Positions 26,550 through 36,844 of a stretch of DNA of 64,000 bases are shown piece by piece. Positions within the stretch are counted from its first letter, which is position 1. Each line of letters starts with the position of its first letter. Made by a program: the position numbers and the translations under genes. This DNA comes from Candidatus Borrarchaeum weybense (lineage in GTDB: Archaea; Asgardarchaeota; Sifarchaeia; Borrarchaeales; Borrarchaeaceae), in contig JAHQJS010000007.1 in the NCBI GenBank assembly GCA_019057385.1, positions 192,001 through 256,000 of the forward strand, read 5' to 3'. The notes under the pieces are model-generated. The model worked only from the letters and a program-made list of their open reading frames with translations. It made no database searches and had not been told where the DNA came from.

Positions 26550-29480
26550 TTACAAATCTAAAGTAATGTCATCAAACAATTTTCGTTTCCCAATAACAGT
26601 TAAAATTAAGCCAATGCAACTCACTGCGCTGATTCGAACGCCTAAAGAAACCGTAGCTAGATTAAGACCTTTTACGACTGTGAGATTATACTCTAGTTGT
26701 GAGGTTTGGTAACCCGATTTTTCGACAGTGACAGTCAATAGGTATTCACCTGGAGTTAACTCTGAAGTATCTAGCACTGCTTTATAGATGCCTGGTTCGA
26801 CTTCTTGACATTCGAGTGTATAATTGGTGTTCAATGTGATAGTAACATGGGCTTGCTCGATCGGGGCACCTTGGTCATCGTTAATTGTCACAATAATTTC
26901 TTTTTTAGTATTTGAGTTGAGTTGGATGTTATTTTCCAAGTTAACTGTCACTAGTAATGATGCTGTTTCAGTTGATGAGCCATTTCCCCCTCCGTTGTCG
27001 TCATTTCCGCTACTTCCATTGCTGCCGCCATCTCCATCTCTCGGGTTGTCAGTGTCTTTGGTTTCAAGTGAGATATTAGTCCCTATATATGCATCGGCGA
27101 TGGTTATCCCATAGCACAGCCCCGAACTGCCACCCTGAGGGGAGTTGGCATCTTCAGTAAAACTGGCGTGATACCAGTAGGTTTCCTGTGCGCCGATTAA
27201 GGCGTTGGACATCCCCAGAGTATCGCTTGAGGTGGCCACCATCTGTCTGGAGGCCGCATTCACCAAGTCCGCCCGGTTTTGTAACTCAACATCACTAAGG
27301 TAGTTGGCCAGTTTCTGCAGCGCATAACTGCTACCGTAGGCCGGTCGTAGGGCGTTGAGTTCCACTGAGGTGGCGAATGCTCCTTTGGTCTTGAAATTGT
27401 GGTCTCCCAGCCGTGAACTACCGGTGAAGGGAACGTTCCAGGCGTATTGCCAGGTTATCAGCCACTCGGCGGTCAGGTTTGCTTTGGTCAGGTAGAGGGT
27501 ATTATCGGTCAGTTCGTAAAAGCGAAGTAGGCCCTTGAGCATATATTCAGCAGTTTTAGAATCGATGATATGCTTTTTGTAGCCGTAACTAAAGTCGTAG
27601 CGCCCGGTATCCACCCCAAAGAAGCGGGCCTTATCTACAAATTCGGTGATGTAATGATTCATGGCCAGCATCGCAGCGTCCGAATAGGTGGTATTGCCGG
27701 TTAGCGTAGCTAATTCCATCAGGCTCAAGGCAACAGTTACGCCGCCGGCTCCTGCGATATCGTTGCAACTGGAACTGATGCCGTTGGTCCAGGTGTTGCC
27801 AAACGTCCCGTTAGCAAACTGCTTGACCACAAATATGTTGATAGCTGCTTCCACATATGCTAGCCAGTCGGGGTGGCTATCACCATACTGTTCTGCCACT
27901 AGATAGCATTGCAGCAGGTTGTATAGTACCTCTCCGCTTTTGGAGGTATGTACGTCGCCGCCGTGATCTCGTGCGTTAGCATACGAGGTATTGGTCTCCA
28001 GGTAGTAATCGGGTAATAGCCAGCCGTACTCACTCAGCGTAACGGCCGAGGGGTTACGGCTCAGGTCAATGAATTCATCGATTATCTGGTTGGCAGTAAC
28101 AATCATGGAAGTGTTCCCTGTCTGATAGCCATAATAAAGCAACGCATATGCCAGGGCGTGTTGTTGCCCCAGTTGACCGCCTATGGAGCCGCTGCTTCCG
28201 CCTATGAATTCCACGGGGGTTCCATCGTTGAAAAAGCCCGCTAAGAACAAGTATTCGTTATCAGTATCATTTTTATGATAAAAGGTGCGGTAGGCGAGTT
28301 CGGCTTTGAGTTGTAGGACATCTTGCATGCTTAACGTGGGATTGGTCGCCGAATAATTACCGTTAATCCAAGCCCACCCCAGTTGTACCGGTTCGATGAA
28401 CCCGTAATTCGGGGTAGTTGTCATACCCAGATAGAGCCGGTAGGTTTTGTTGAGAGTGGTAGTGGCATCGACGGTCAGGGAGTTCTTGTTGAAGGCCCAC
28501 TCATACTGGTCACGGCAACCTGGATTATCCTGATTTATTTGCTGGTTTATATGTTTAGTATAGGTATATCCTTCTCGTTGTGAGCCACCACTGGTCCAAC
28601 CACCTAAATAGTTGATGAGGTCGAAATGATCATCATGCCCTTGATATCCCAGTGAGGAGTTACCAGTATGCTCCTGTCCATCATACACATAAGTAGGAGC
28701 GGTCAGTAAGCCACACACAAAATCATCGTATTCCCAGATAACTGCCGGTACGCTAAGGCGTTCTTGCTCCACGATGAGATACTGGGACTGGTTGCTTAAA
28801 TCAGACATGGGGAAATCAGGTGTTACCTGCCGCTCTGCGGTATTCAAGTCGTATAAATTGCCGTTATAAAAGCAGCCGGGCATCATCAAGGTGTCAGCTT
28901 TACGTGGGGTAATTGCTCCGGGGTAAGTGATTGATAAATTGAATGGTAGTAGCACTGCTTCTTCCACCGAATTGTTCAAATGTTCCCAGTGCCGTTCGAT
29001 CTCCACATAATCCCACCCGTCCCGGAGGGTGTAATAATCGGTGACCTGCCACAAATGGCCGTTAGCGTCTGTGATGGTGACACATTCCTGATAAAATTCT
29101 TCCCAACTGACATCCACCTGTTTAGGATAGATTTCTCTGATGGTGTACTTCGTAACGGGCGATTGCGAGGTATCTGGGGCTATCGAAACTTGGAAATGAC
29201 CCATGGTGGCAATTTCAGTCCAGTCATTCCCATCCCACACGAAGAAGTAGGGTAAATAGGTGATTTGTTGTCCCGGGGGATTCTCCAGCCGTTCCTCAGT
29301 CATGAAACTGATGCGGATCCGCCCATTATCGATGGTAGGATCCATAAATCCATCACCGTTATAATCGGTTGTCCCATCAAAGGAGATGTCGGCCTTGGCC
29401 TGCGGACTATAAAAGGGTAAACCGAGTAATAACATCCCTATGAGGAACAAAACACTATATTTTGCAGAATGAGGCACCAT
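26550..29480 (-). CDS. Large secreted, membrane-anchored protein; probable beta-sandwich + (alpha/alpha)6 glycoside-hydrolase-like domain, Gly/Ser/Asn linker, Ig-like domain
   Basis: Signal peptide ending QAKA; repeated helical motifs (ALLYYGYQTGN, LMELATLTGN..Y, LLRFYELTDN.LYL..A...AEWL..WQ); linker DGDGGSNGSSGNDDNGGGNGSS; PGIYKA..PGEY..VEKSGY Ig-like domain; C-terminal TM. Confidence 0.7.
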   Translation of the reverse strand: MVPHSAKYSVLFLIGMLLLGLPFYSPQAKADISFDGTTDYNGDGFMDPTIDNGRIRISFMTEERLENPPGQQITYLPYFFVWDGNDWTEIATMGHFQVSIAPDTSQSPVTKYTIREIYPKQVDVSWEEFYQECVTITDANGHLWQVTDYYTLRDGWDYVEIERHWEHLNNSVEEAVLLPFNLSITYPGAITPRKADTLMMPGCFYNGNLYDLNTAERQVTPDFPMSDLSNQSQYLIVEQERLSVPAVIWEYDDFVCGLLTAPTYVYDGQEHTGNSSLGYQGHDDHFDLINYLGGWTSGGSQREGYTYTKHINQQINQDNPGCRDQYEWAFNKNSLTVDATTTLNKTYRLYLGMTTTPNYGFIEPVQLGWAWINGNYSATNPTLSMQDVLQLKAELAYRTFYHKNDTDNEYLFLAGFFNDGTPVEFIGGSSGSIGGQLGQQHALAYALLYYGYQTGNTSMIVTANQIIDEFIDLSRNPSAVTLSEYGWLLPDYYLETNTSYANARDHGGDVHTSKSGEVLYNLLQCYLVAEQYGDSHPDWLAYVEAAINIFVVKQFANGTFGNTWTNGISSSCNDIAGAGGVTVALSLMELATLTGNTTYSDAAMLAMNHYITEFVDKARFFGVDTGRYDFSYGYKKHIIDSKTAEYMLKGLLRFYELTDNTLYLTKANLTAEWLITWQYAWNVPFTGSSRLGDHNFKTKGAFATSVELNALRPAYGSSYALQKLANYLSDVELQNRADLVNAASRQMVATSSDTLGMSNALIGAQETYWYHASFTEDANSPQGGSSGLCYGITIADAYIGTNISLETKDTDNPRDGDGGSNGSSGNDDNGGGNGSSTETASLLVTVNLENNIQLNSNTKKEIIVTINDDQGAPIEQAHVTITLNTNYTLECQEVEPGIYKAVLDTSELTPGEYLLTVTVEKSGYQTSQLEYNLTVVKGLNLATVSLGVRISAVSCIGLILTVIGKRKLFDDITLDL

Positions 29481-30235
29481 AATCCCCGTAAATCTTTGAA
29501 TTATGCATTACAGTTAGCATTCTCTGTCTTCCAGCGACCTATATAAGTCCCCCTAAAACTCTAACTAGTCTAACTTGCCGTATGAAAGTAAAGTGATGAG
29601 AGCCAAAATAGAAAATCTAGTATATAGAAATGAATAACTTTGAAGAAATTCATTATAGTTACGAGAAAATTAAGAATACTCATATTGCATAACCGACAAA
29701 ATGTATGCTGTTCTCAAAATCGGTGACATGTTTTTTCATACAAAATACTTTTCTAAAAGTCTTATAGTCTGCCTCTCGTGAACTTAAAGAAACTTAAATC
29801 AGAATTCTTGATAAAATTAACAATAATCGCATAAAAAGAATTGTTTCACTTACACAGCACTCCCACTGTTAGTTTAAATCTAAGCTATCGCAGTATAAGA
29901 TAAATAAAAATCACTTGTATCTTATCGAAAAGTAAAAGCGTCTGCTATTTGATAATTGTGTTGTCCTTATATAGAGCCATTAAAATAAAGAGATGTAACC
30001 ATACGTTAAATGTGATAGTAGAGTGGAATAGATCGTCGATATAGAGTTGACGGTGTTGCATACTTAAAATATGATATACTCTAACTGTCAGAACAAACAC
30101 GTGGATAAGGGGGCTGTAATAGCCTTAAGAACAGGAGTAATACTTAAAGAAAAACTCAAATAAGGATATGCCGACTCAGATCTTATAAAAATCTATTGTC
30201 AAGAATAAGAAACGTTATTTAGAAGGAAAGAAAGA
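29481..30235. other. 755-bp AT-rich intergenic region upstream of cdc6; candidate replication origin or divergent regulatory region
   Basis: Longest non-coding gap in the window, adjacent to orc1/cdc6. Only loose ORB-like motifs (CACGTGGATAAGGGGG near 30098; CCCCC..ACTCTAACT near 29549-29566). Confidence 0.35.
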
Positions 30236-31435
30236 ATGTTACTATCCGATATCTTCGAAGAGGAATTGAGAAGTCCAACAGTATTTAGGGACGAATCTAA
30301 ATTAAACGAATCATATATGCCATCTTCTTTACCTCATAGAACTTCTGAGCTCCGAGAGTTGATTCGCCTATTTTTAGGTTTGATGAAAAATCCTGGTGAA
30401 ATGAGTCAACGAGTTACTATTAGTGGAAGTATCGGTACTGGAAAAACGGCGCTTTCTAAATGTTTTGGAAAAATCTTGGAAGAGTATGAAACAACACATA
30501 ACAAGAATTTACATTATGTTCATATTAATTGTCGACGTAAAAAATCACGCTTCTTAATACTCAGGCAAGTTGTATTTCATTTCAATCCTACAGTGCCCCA
30601 TAGAGGTTATTCACCAGAAGAACTACTTTACATGCTTGATTGCTTATTGGAGTCACAAAATGCTCATTTAGTTCTAGTACTCGATGAACTTGATTTTATT
30701 TTAGGTAGAAATGACAGATCTCTTCTCTATGATCTAACACGATGGACTGATGAGCAATTAAATGGCGTTCAACGTGTATCCCTGATACTCATTGTAAGGG
30801 ACAGGGCTTATCTGAAGAAGTTAGATGCAAGTACACTGAGTTCACTTCAAAATAATCATATCTATCTAGCGCCTTATTCTGCTTCTCAACTTGTGGATAT
30901 TTTACAGGAGCGGGCAACTGAAGCATTGTTTGACTACGCAGTCAATTCTGAGGTTCTCAATCTCATTGCCGATATTGCCAGTGAACGAGGTGATGCTCGT
31001 TTTGCTCTGGAACTCTTATGGCGCGCCGGAAAATATGCTGACCGTGATAGAGTCCCCTCTATTCTTCCAGAGCATGCTCGACTGGCCAAAGCTGATGTTC
31101 ATCCGCGCGTTAGAAAAGATTTCTTTCATGAATTGTCACCACATCAGCAATTAGTATTATTGGCTATTATCCGCCAATTGAAAAAACACGAAGCCGCCTA
31201 TACGACCACAGGAGATGTTGAAATCAACTACAATGTTATCTGCGAAGAATATGATGAAACTCCACGAAAACATACCCAACTGTGGGAATACATTAAAGAA
31301 CTTGAACAATTGGGCATTATCACAACTAAGATCTCCAGCAAAGGTATACGTGGTAAAACCACTTTAATTGGATTGCCAGATGCACCACTGTCCCTACTCG
31401 AAAAAGAACTTCAAAATAATCTAAAAGAGTATTAA
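30236..31435 (+). CDS. cdc6: Orc1/Cdc6 replication initiator family AAA+ protein
   Basis: LPHR, Walker A GSIGTGKT, VHINC, Walker B VLDELD, PYSASQL.DIL..R, GDARFAL, wHTH ending GIRGKTTLI. Confidence 0.95.
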   Translation: MLLSDIFEEELRSPTVFRDESKLNESYMPSSLPHRTSELRELIRLFLGLMKNPGEMSQRVTISGSIGTGKTALSKCFGKILEEYETTHNKNLHYVHINCRRKKSRFLILRQVVFHFNPTVPHRGYSPEELLYMLDCLLESQNAHLVLVLDELDFILGRNDRSLLYDLTRWTDEQLNGVQRVSLILIVRDRAYLKKLDASTLSSLQNNHIYLAPYSASQLVDILQERATEALFDYAVNSEVLNLIADIASERGDARFALELLWRAGKYADRDRVPSILPEHARLAKADVHPRVRKDFFHELSPHQQLVLLAIIRQLKKHEAAYTTTGDVEINYNVICEEYDETPRKHTQLWEYIKELEQLGIITTKISSKGIRGKTTLIGLPDAPLSLLEKELQNNLKEY

Positions 31436-31456
31436 AAATAAGGGAGTATATAAGAA

Positions 31457-31783
31457 ATGACGCTTGATTTGTCAAATATTCTTACTCAACAAGAACCATT
31501 TCCACCTATAGAAGAAGTGCTTTCTTCAAAAGGAAAAATTAAAATTCTAAAGATTTTAACCCTTTACGATGAATTAAACATCTCTGAGATCGTACGAAAA
31601 GCGCAACTTAACCATGCCACTGTTACTCAACATCTTGATTACTTTAAATCCATCGCAATTGTAGAAGAAAAAGCATTTGGACGAATAAAAATCTATCAGT
31701 TAACAGATGACATAAAAGTCAGAGTCATTCGTGAATTAATAGAATTCTGGGAACGATCAGAGTCCTCATCCGCATTAAAATGA
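31457..31783 (+). CDS. ArsR-like winged-helix protein downstream of cdc6
   Basis: SSKGKIKILKIL..ELNISEIVRKAQLNHATVTQHL...EKAFGRIKIY. Confidence 0.85.
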   Translation: MTLDLSNILTQQEPFPPIEEVLSSKGKIKILKILTLYDELNISEIVRKAQLNHATVTQHLDYFKSIAIVEEKAFGRIKIYQLTDDIKVRVIRELIEFWERSESSSALK

Positions 31784-31998
31784 TAATGCTGTAATTGATG
31801 AACTAAAAGCGTTCCAGCATTAGAAATCAATTATTTTTTCCTTTGAGTGAACAGAAGTTTGTGTATGAAGTGCTATTGCCTTCAAAGAAAATTGTGGTGC
31901 TTAAATAGTAGACAATATACTTTTTAATGAATAATAATGAGTTCGTGGACTTTACAGCCGAAAATTGATAAAAATCTTATTTTGATGAGGCGGGAATT

Positions 31999-33312
31999 GT
32001 GAGAGTCATAATTAAAGAAGAGAATATCGATTTAGAGACTCATAGTTTTTTACGAGAATGTGGCATCACGGCTGTAGTTTTACTCAAATTTGATCTTGCA
32101 ATGGGACCATATATCGCTTTTAAAAGCGTGTATGAGCAAAATGTAAATAGTATAAGACCCCTAGAAGATCCTGAATATCTTGCACAATTTTATGTTGGCA
32201 TTTCAGGAACTGAAATGGATACTCTCGAAAAAAATGAAGAACGAATCGTCATTGCTCGCCAAAAATACGTTATAGACGCCACACATGTTACTGATGTTCT
32301 ACTTCTCTGCATAGACAATGAAATATCAACTTCTTCGGCTATTACCTTTGCTCAAGAACTAATAACTAATTCGAATGCTGAGCCTCATCACCTTGAAGAG
32401 TTACTTGTACAACTTAAAGAAACGGCACCGGATTTGGAATTCCAATTGAAAATTCACCCTCAGAGGATACCTTTAGAACTACAAAGCTTGAATAGAGTTC
32501 AAAAATTGAATAAATTAACAAAATTTAAAAAATTTGTAACCAAGCCTTTGGATTTATTTCAAAAAATAGAAACTAATGAAATTGAACTCATGTTCACTCA
32601 ATTACGTAAATCTATGTTCTTCATTCGAATACCTTTTGAGGATCTAGATATCACTCGCTTTTTTGAAACTTTTCTCACCCAAATTTCAATAGATAAGAAT
32701 ACTGTCTTTTCTATTGAAATGATCCAAATTAATGCGAGATTCTATTTAGTTATGACATTAGTTTTACCACCCAATCAAAGAAATTTTATAGAACGTTTAG
32801 CTGGCAGTTTGAATATGAGAGGCTTTTCCATCTCACTTGTAAAAGAAAAAGATTTGAAAAAACATTGGATTGCACCCTTAGGGATCACGAACGGTACATC
32901 AATTCGAATCTCGCGAAAACACAAAAACTATATTCAAGTGCTTAATTCACCACAGCGTTTGATCTCCTTGTATAAAAGCAAGACAATACTACCACTCACC
33001 TTAACAACACTTACACAAATTCAAGAATCATTGTGTACTACTATCCTCTGTAGAGGTTTAAAGAAGAATAAGGCTTGTGTTGAAATACTATTTGCAAAAG
33101 TACACTCGTCTAAAGCAGAGATCGATCAATTTGAGCTTCCTAAAGAACTTTCTAGGTATTTTTTTAAAGTAAAAGGTAGACGAGCATTAACAGACACGAT
33201 AAAGGCCCTATTATTAAGAGATTGTTCGAAAGGTATTAAACTCTCATTAAAAGAATTATATGAATTCTTTCTAGGAATAGATTTAGTAAATCTTGAAAAA
33301 CTTGTTAAATAA
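31999..33312 (+). CDS. Longin/uDENN-like N-terminal domain fused to an uncharacterised alpha/beta domain resembling the N-terminal part of the neighbouring VirB4-like ATPase
   Basis: ECGITAVVLLKFDLAMGPYIAF... is clearly paralogous to the 17874-18632 protein; GAGG RBS before GTG. Confidence 0.6.
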   Translation: MRVIIKEENIDLETHSFLRECGITAVVLLKFDLAMGPYIAFKSVYEQNVNSIRPLEDPEYLAQFYVGISGTEMDTLEKNEERIVIARQKYVIDATHVTDVLLLCIDNEISTSSAITFAQELITNSNAEPHHLEELLVQLKETAPDLEFQLKIHPQRIPLELQSLNRVQKLNKLTKFKKFVTKPLDLFQKIETNEIELMFTQLRKSMFFIRIPFEDLDITRFFETFLTQISIDKNTVFSIEMIQINARFYLVMTLVLPPNQRNFIERLAGSLNMRGFSISLVKEKDLKKHWIAPLGITNGTSIRISRKHKNYIQVLNSPQRLISLYKSKTILPLTLTTLTQIQESLCTTILCRGLKKNKACVEILFAKVHSSKAEIDQFELPKELSRYFFKVKGRRALTDTIKALLLRDCSKGIKLSLKELYEFFLGIDLVNLEKLVK

Positions 33313-33344
33313 TACAAATTCCAAAAAATATTGCTACCAGGTTA

Positions 33345-33602
33345 TCAAGAAAGAATGATTCTTTCTACTTGTTTTTCTTTAGATATTTCGTTAAACAAAC
33401 TAGAGAAGTGTTCCTCGGCAGTTTTTAGTTCCTCAAATTCATAAAAATCATTAATTTTTGTTTCTTCAGAAATAAAAAGAAAGTATTTATCACCACAGCC
33501 TCGAATTAAACACAAGAATGTGTCTTCATCAAAGCAGAAGCTTTGAATTAATTCCCATCTGCACCCGCTAGAGACTTTTTTTACCAATGTTTCTACTACC
33601 AT
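33345..33602 (-). CDS. Small hypothetical protein translationally coupled to the VirB4/HerA-like ATPase
   Basis: TAATG stop/start overlap at 33602 with GGAGG upstream. Confidence 0.65.
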   Translation of the reverse strand: MVVETLVKKVSSGCRWELIQSFCFDEDTFLCLIRGCGDKYFLFISEETKINDFYEFEELKTAEEHFSSLFNEISKEKQVERIILS

Positions 33603-36445
33603 TAAACATTCCCTCCTTCATTCATGGCAGTTTTATGTGTTGATCTATCACTTTTCATGTATGATTTTATGCTAAGATCGTCCCAATACTCCATAGATTC
33701 CTCTGCCGTGCACTCCGAAAAGATGGTTTTTTCCGCTTTTGCTAGAATTCCTTCATTTTCTTTTGTGCAAGAAGTCACTTTCGCGTACAAATTTGGATAA
33801 TTCAATAGGTTATGTGCGCGGATTACTTCCTCATCGACATTGCTACTCTTAAAGTCGTTTGTACGTATACGTGTTGGATGCTTCAATGTAGGTGAAAAAA
33901 TCAGACATTCCTGTGATCTTATACGCTTCAGATAGTTAACTTGTCTCTCGTCTAAGTTCATGTATTTTTGAAGTAATTCTGCATCTTTTGTCAATTGAAA
34001 TGAAATGATAGTGTAACTATTGGCTAGACTGTTCTCAGCGAAAAGAGGACGTGTCCCTACGAAGACGAAACCAACTCCATATGCTCGTAATAATATGCTA
34101 AGATCTTCAGTTGGTGTTGCATCAATGCTCGTCTGTTTTCTATATAACTCAGGAACAAGAAACTGACATTCCTCTACCACAATTAAGTTGCGTAACTGCT
34201 GCTGAAGCCCTCGCTTAATGGAATTAGCCCCATATAAGCGCACTAAAATATTCATTAAAAACCTAATATCATCCTTTGGAACGCGTTGAGACTGAAGGAA
34301 ACCTAAATCAATAATAACCTTCTTTTTAATGAGTTCATCAAAAGATATGTTCGATCTACTTACATCAAAGATTTCTTTTAGTACACCTCGAATAAACTTG
34401 TTTAGACGATTTTGCAATGCAGTAACTGTCTTCTCCAAATATGAAAACTTGTTCTTGTATTGTATCGCATAGTTATCAAGCGCTTTCAGAAAGCCTTTAA
34501 ATCCGTTGAGGCGTGCTGTTGTATCTGCAATATATTCATCAAGAACGTCTTTAAGCACGCGCTCCATTTGTACTGAAAGATCAATATCCTGTTGCAACAT
34601 AGTAGAATAAACTTCACGTATGAGGGAAAATACTCTGTCTGCATGTTCCTCAGGAGAAAATCCGCAAGGATCGAAAATATTTATCTGCAATGGTGCATAT
34701 TCTGAACCTGGAGCAAATATAAGGATATCATTAAGTATCTCACGTGGAAATAGAGGAAGCAATTGTGTGTATTCAGATTTATAATCAAAAATAATCCAGT
34801 CAATCAGTGGGAATTCACTTGAGAGCAATAGAACAATATTTTTTGTAAGACACGTTTTTCCACTTCCGATCAACCCAATAACTGTTGTATTGCGTCTTAA
34901 ATCTTCAATTTTAACTTTTAAAGGCTGTAAAATCTTATCTCTAGAAACAACATGCCCAATTTCTATTCCTTCAACTAGGTCAGTCACTTCAAGAGGTATC
35001 TCAAACTCTGGAATAAAATTGCTGTCTATTCCACGTACTGGTCTCTCTGGTAGATGTGTAAACGGCGATAAGTGAAATATATTCATCTTGGTTTCATTTT
35101 CTATCGATAATTTCATTCCAGCACGTTTATATGCGCGTCTAAGTTTTCTACCTTCTAAAATAGACGTTTTAATACCATAATGAACTCCTGAATAAATAGT
35201 ATTGAGTGAATTTTCAATGTTTAATGTCACACGCCTACATATTTCTTCATCTTTTGCAGAGACTAAGACATAAGTCGATACTTTAGTAAATCCAGGTTGC
35301 ATTTCATTTAGATATTCTAAGGATTCCTGCTTTTTCTGGCTTTTAAAAAAGTTCACGGGCTCATTAATTAAAGCAATGTCGTTTGTATCCGTTATTAGTT
35401 GTTCTAATTCTTTTTCACGAATATTAAAACTCTTGAAATTCGTCACGAAATTTATTTCTGCTTGTAAACTAAGACAATGCCTGATAAATTGGTCGTGTTG
35501 TGTTATTACCCTGTGTGGTTTTTTCTCAGGTTGACCTTCAACAGCAATAATAGAAACATGACGAATATCATGAGATGATATTATTTGGGAGATTCCCTGA
35601 ACATAAAGCACCGATCTGTCTTGTCCGTGTCTTAAGAATTTAGGTAGTACTGTAAAAGCTGATAATTCTTTTTCAGACACGATTTCACTTTCAACCTCAA
35701 ATGAAAGCGATTCAAGACTCCCTTTCATGCGATTAAGAGCGGATTGGGCTGCTTCTATTGCTTTGTTTTCCCTTCGACCTGTTCCAAAAACATATCGTCT
35801 TATCTTGACGGTTCCTCCTTCTTTTATAGAAATCTCATGTGCACCTTGTTTACACTTCTTTAGGTATGCTGAGATATCTTCATTTTCATATTTTTGAAAA
35901 TTTGTGCTTTTTGAAACATCTTGGAATATAGAGGGACGTTGTGCATAGTTCATAACTTCCCTTGACAGACTTTTGATTTCTAACGCTTGAATCACGAAAT
36001 ATCTGTCTGGAAACATGAAGAAAGCAAAAATACTAAATAGCCACATAAATTTACGAAAAAAATTCGGCAATGGAAGCTTTCGCTGGAAAATGATTCTATT
36101 TGAACCAAGTGAATGTAATTCGTACTCTGAAAAGATACGAACACTAAGAACACTGATAAGAGCAAAAATGACGAAAGTAATAACGAATGGATAATCGAGA
36201 ATTTTGGATCCTAAACTTAATGAAGTAAAAGGAAATTGAGCAAGTACATTCTTGAAAACGAAATAGTCTAGAAAATAGATAGCAAAACTTGAACAAAAAG
36301 TGAAAAAAAGCATATGAATAATGATCGCTTCCATTTTCTCCTTAAACAAACCCTCTGAAAACCTTGAGTGTTTTAATACAACATATATAGAGAAAAAGAA
36401 GCAGGAAATTACTATAATGAACAAATGTACGATATTAATGAACAT
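33602..36445 (-). CDS. Membrane-anchored HerA/VirB4-like (DUF87) ATPase
   Basis: 3-4 N-terminal TMs; IEIGHV, RNTTVIGLIGSGKT (Walker A), IFDYKSEY, INIFDP, VIIDL, Walker B IVVEECQ, LRAYGVG. Confidence 0.85.
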   Translation of the reverse strand: MFINIVHLFIIVISCFFFSIYVVLKHSRFSEGLFKEKMEAIIIHMLFFTFCSSFAIYFLDYFVFKNVLAQFPFTSLSLGSKILDYPFVITFVIFALISVLSVRIFSEYELHSLGSNRIIFQRKLPLPNFFRKFMWLFSIFAFFMFPDRYFVIQALEIKSLSREVMNYAQRPSIFQDVSKSTNFQKYENEDISAYLKKCKQGAHEISIKEGGTVKIRRYVFGTGRRENKAIEAAQSALNRMKGSLESLSFEVESEIVSEKELSAFTVLPKFLRHGQDRSVLYVQGISQIISSHDIRHVSIIAVEGQPEKKPHRVITQHDQFIRHCLSLQAEINFVTNFKSFNIREKELEQLITDTNDIALINEPVNFFKSQKKQESLEYLNEMQPGFTKVSTYVLVSAKDEEICRRVTLNIENSLNTIYSGVHYGIKTSILEGRKLRRAYKRAGMKLSIENETKMNIFHLSPFTHLPERPVRGIDSNFIPEFEIPLEVTDLVEGIEIGHVVSRDKILQPLKVKIEDLRRNTTVIGLIGSGKTCLTKNIVLLLSSEFPLIDWIIFDYKSEYTQLLPLFPREILNDILIFAPGSEYAPLQINIFDPCGFSPEEHADRVFSLIREVYSTMLQQDIDLSVQMERVLKDVLDEYIADTTARLNGFKGFLKALDNYAIQYKNKFSYLEKTVTALQNRLNKFIRGVLKEIFDVSRSNISFDELIKKKVIIDLGFLQSQRVPKDDIRFLMNILVRLYGANSIKRGLQQQLRNLIVVEECQFLVPELYRKQTSIDATPTEDLSILLRAYGVGFVFVGTRPLFAENSLANSYTIISFQLTKDAELLQKYMNLDERQVNYLKRIRSQECLIFSPTLKHPTRIRTNDFKSSNVDEEVIRAHNLLNYPNLYAKVTSCTKENEGILAKAEKTIFSECTAEESMEYWDDLSIKSYMKSDRSTHKTAMNEGGNV

Positions 36446-36844
36446 TTAACAAGCCTCAAGATCTTCAACTAAAGAAAAAAGAGTAAAAGATTTCAAAAAG
36501 TAAAGACATTTGCATACTTCATCAAAAAAACATTTAATCATGGCCAATGTCCGCCTGAATGTAATAATTAACTCTCATAAAATATTACTATGTTTTAGCG
36601 TTTCAAATACTGAATTTTAATGAATTATAAAAGATCAACGACTTTTTTATAAATAAGGATTATTTTAAAAAGAAAATGAGTTATCTAAAGCTCAAATTAA
36701 GTTTATGGAGTCCTCAGTGAAAGTATTAGCTACCAAAAAATTTGCAGAATTATCTAAATCATATTGAACGAGAATTTCGTTAAAAATCGAGGGGCTTAAT
36801 AATATACTCCAATTATCATCTTCAGTTAAAGTTGAGGACAAGAA

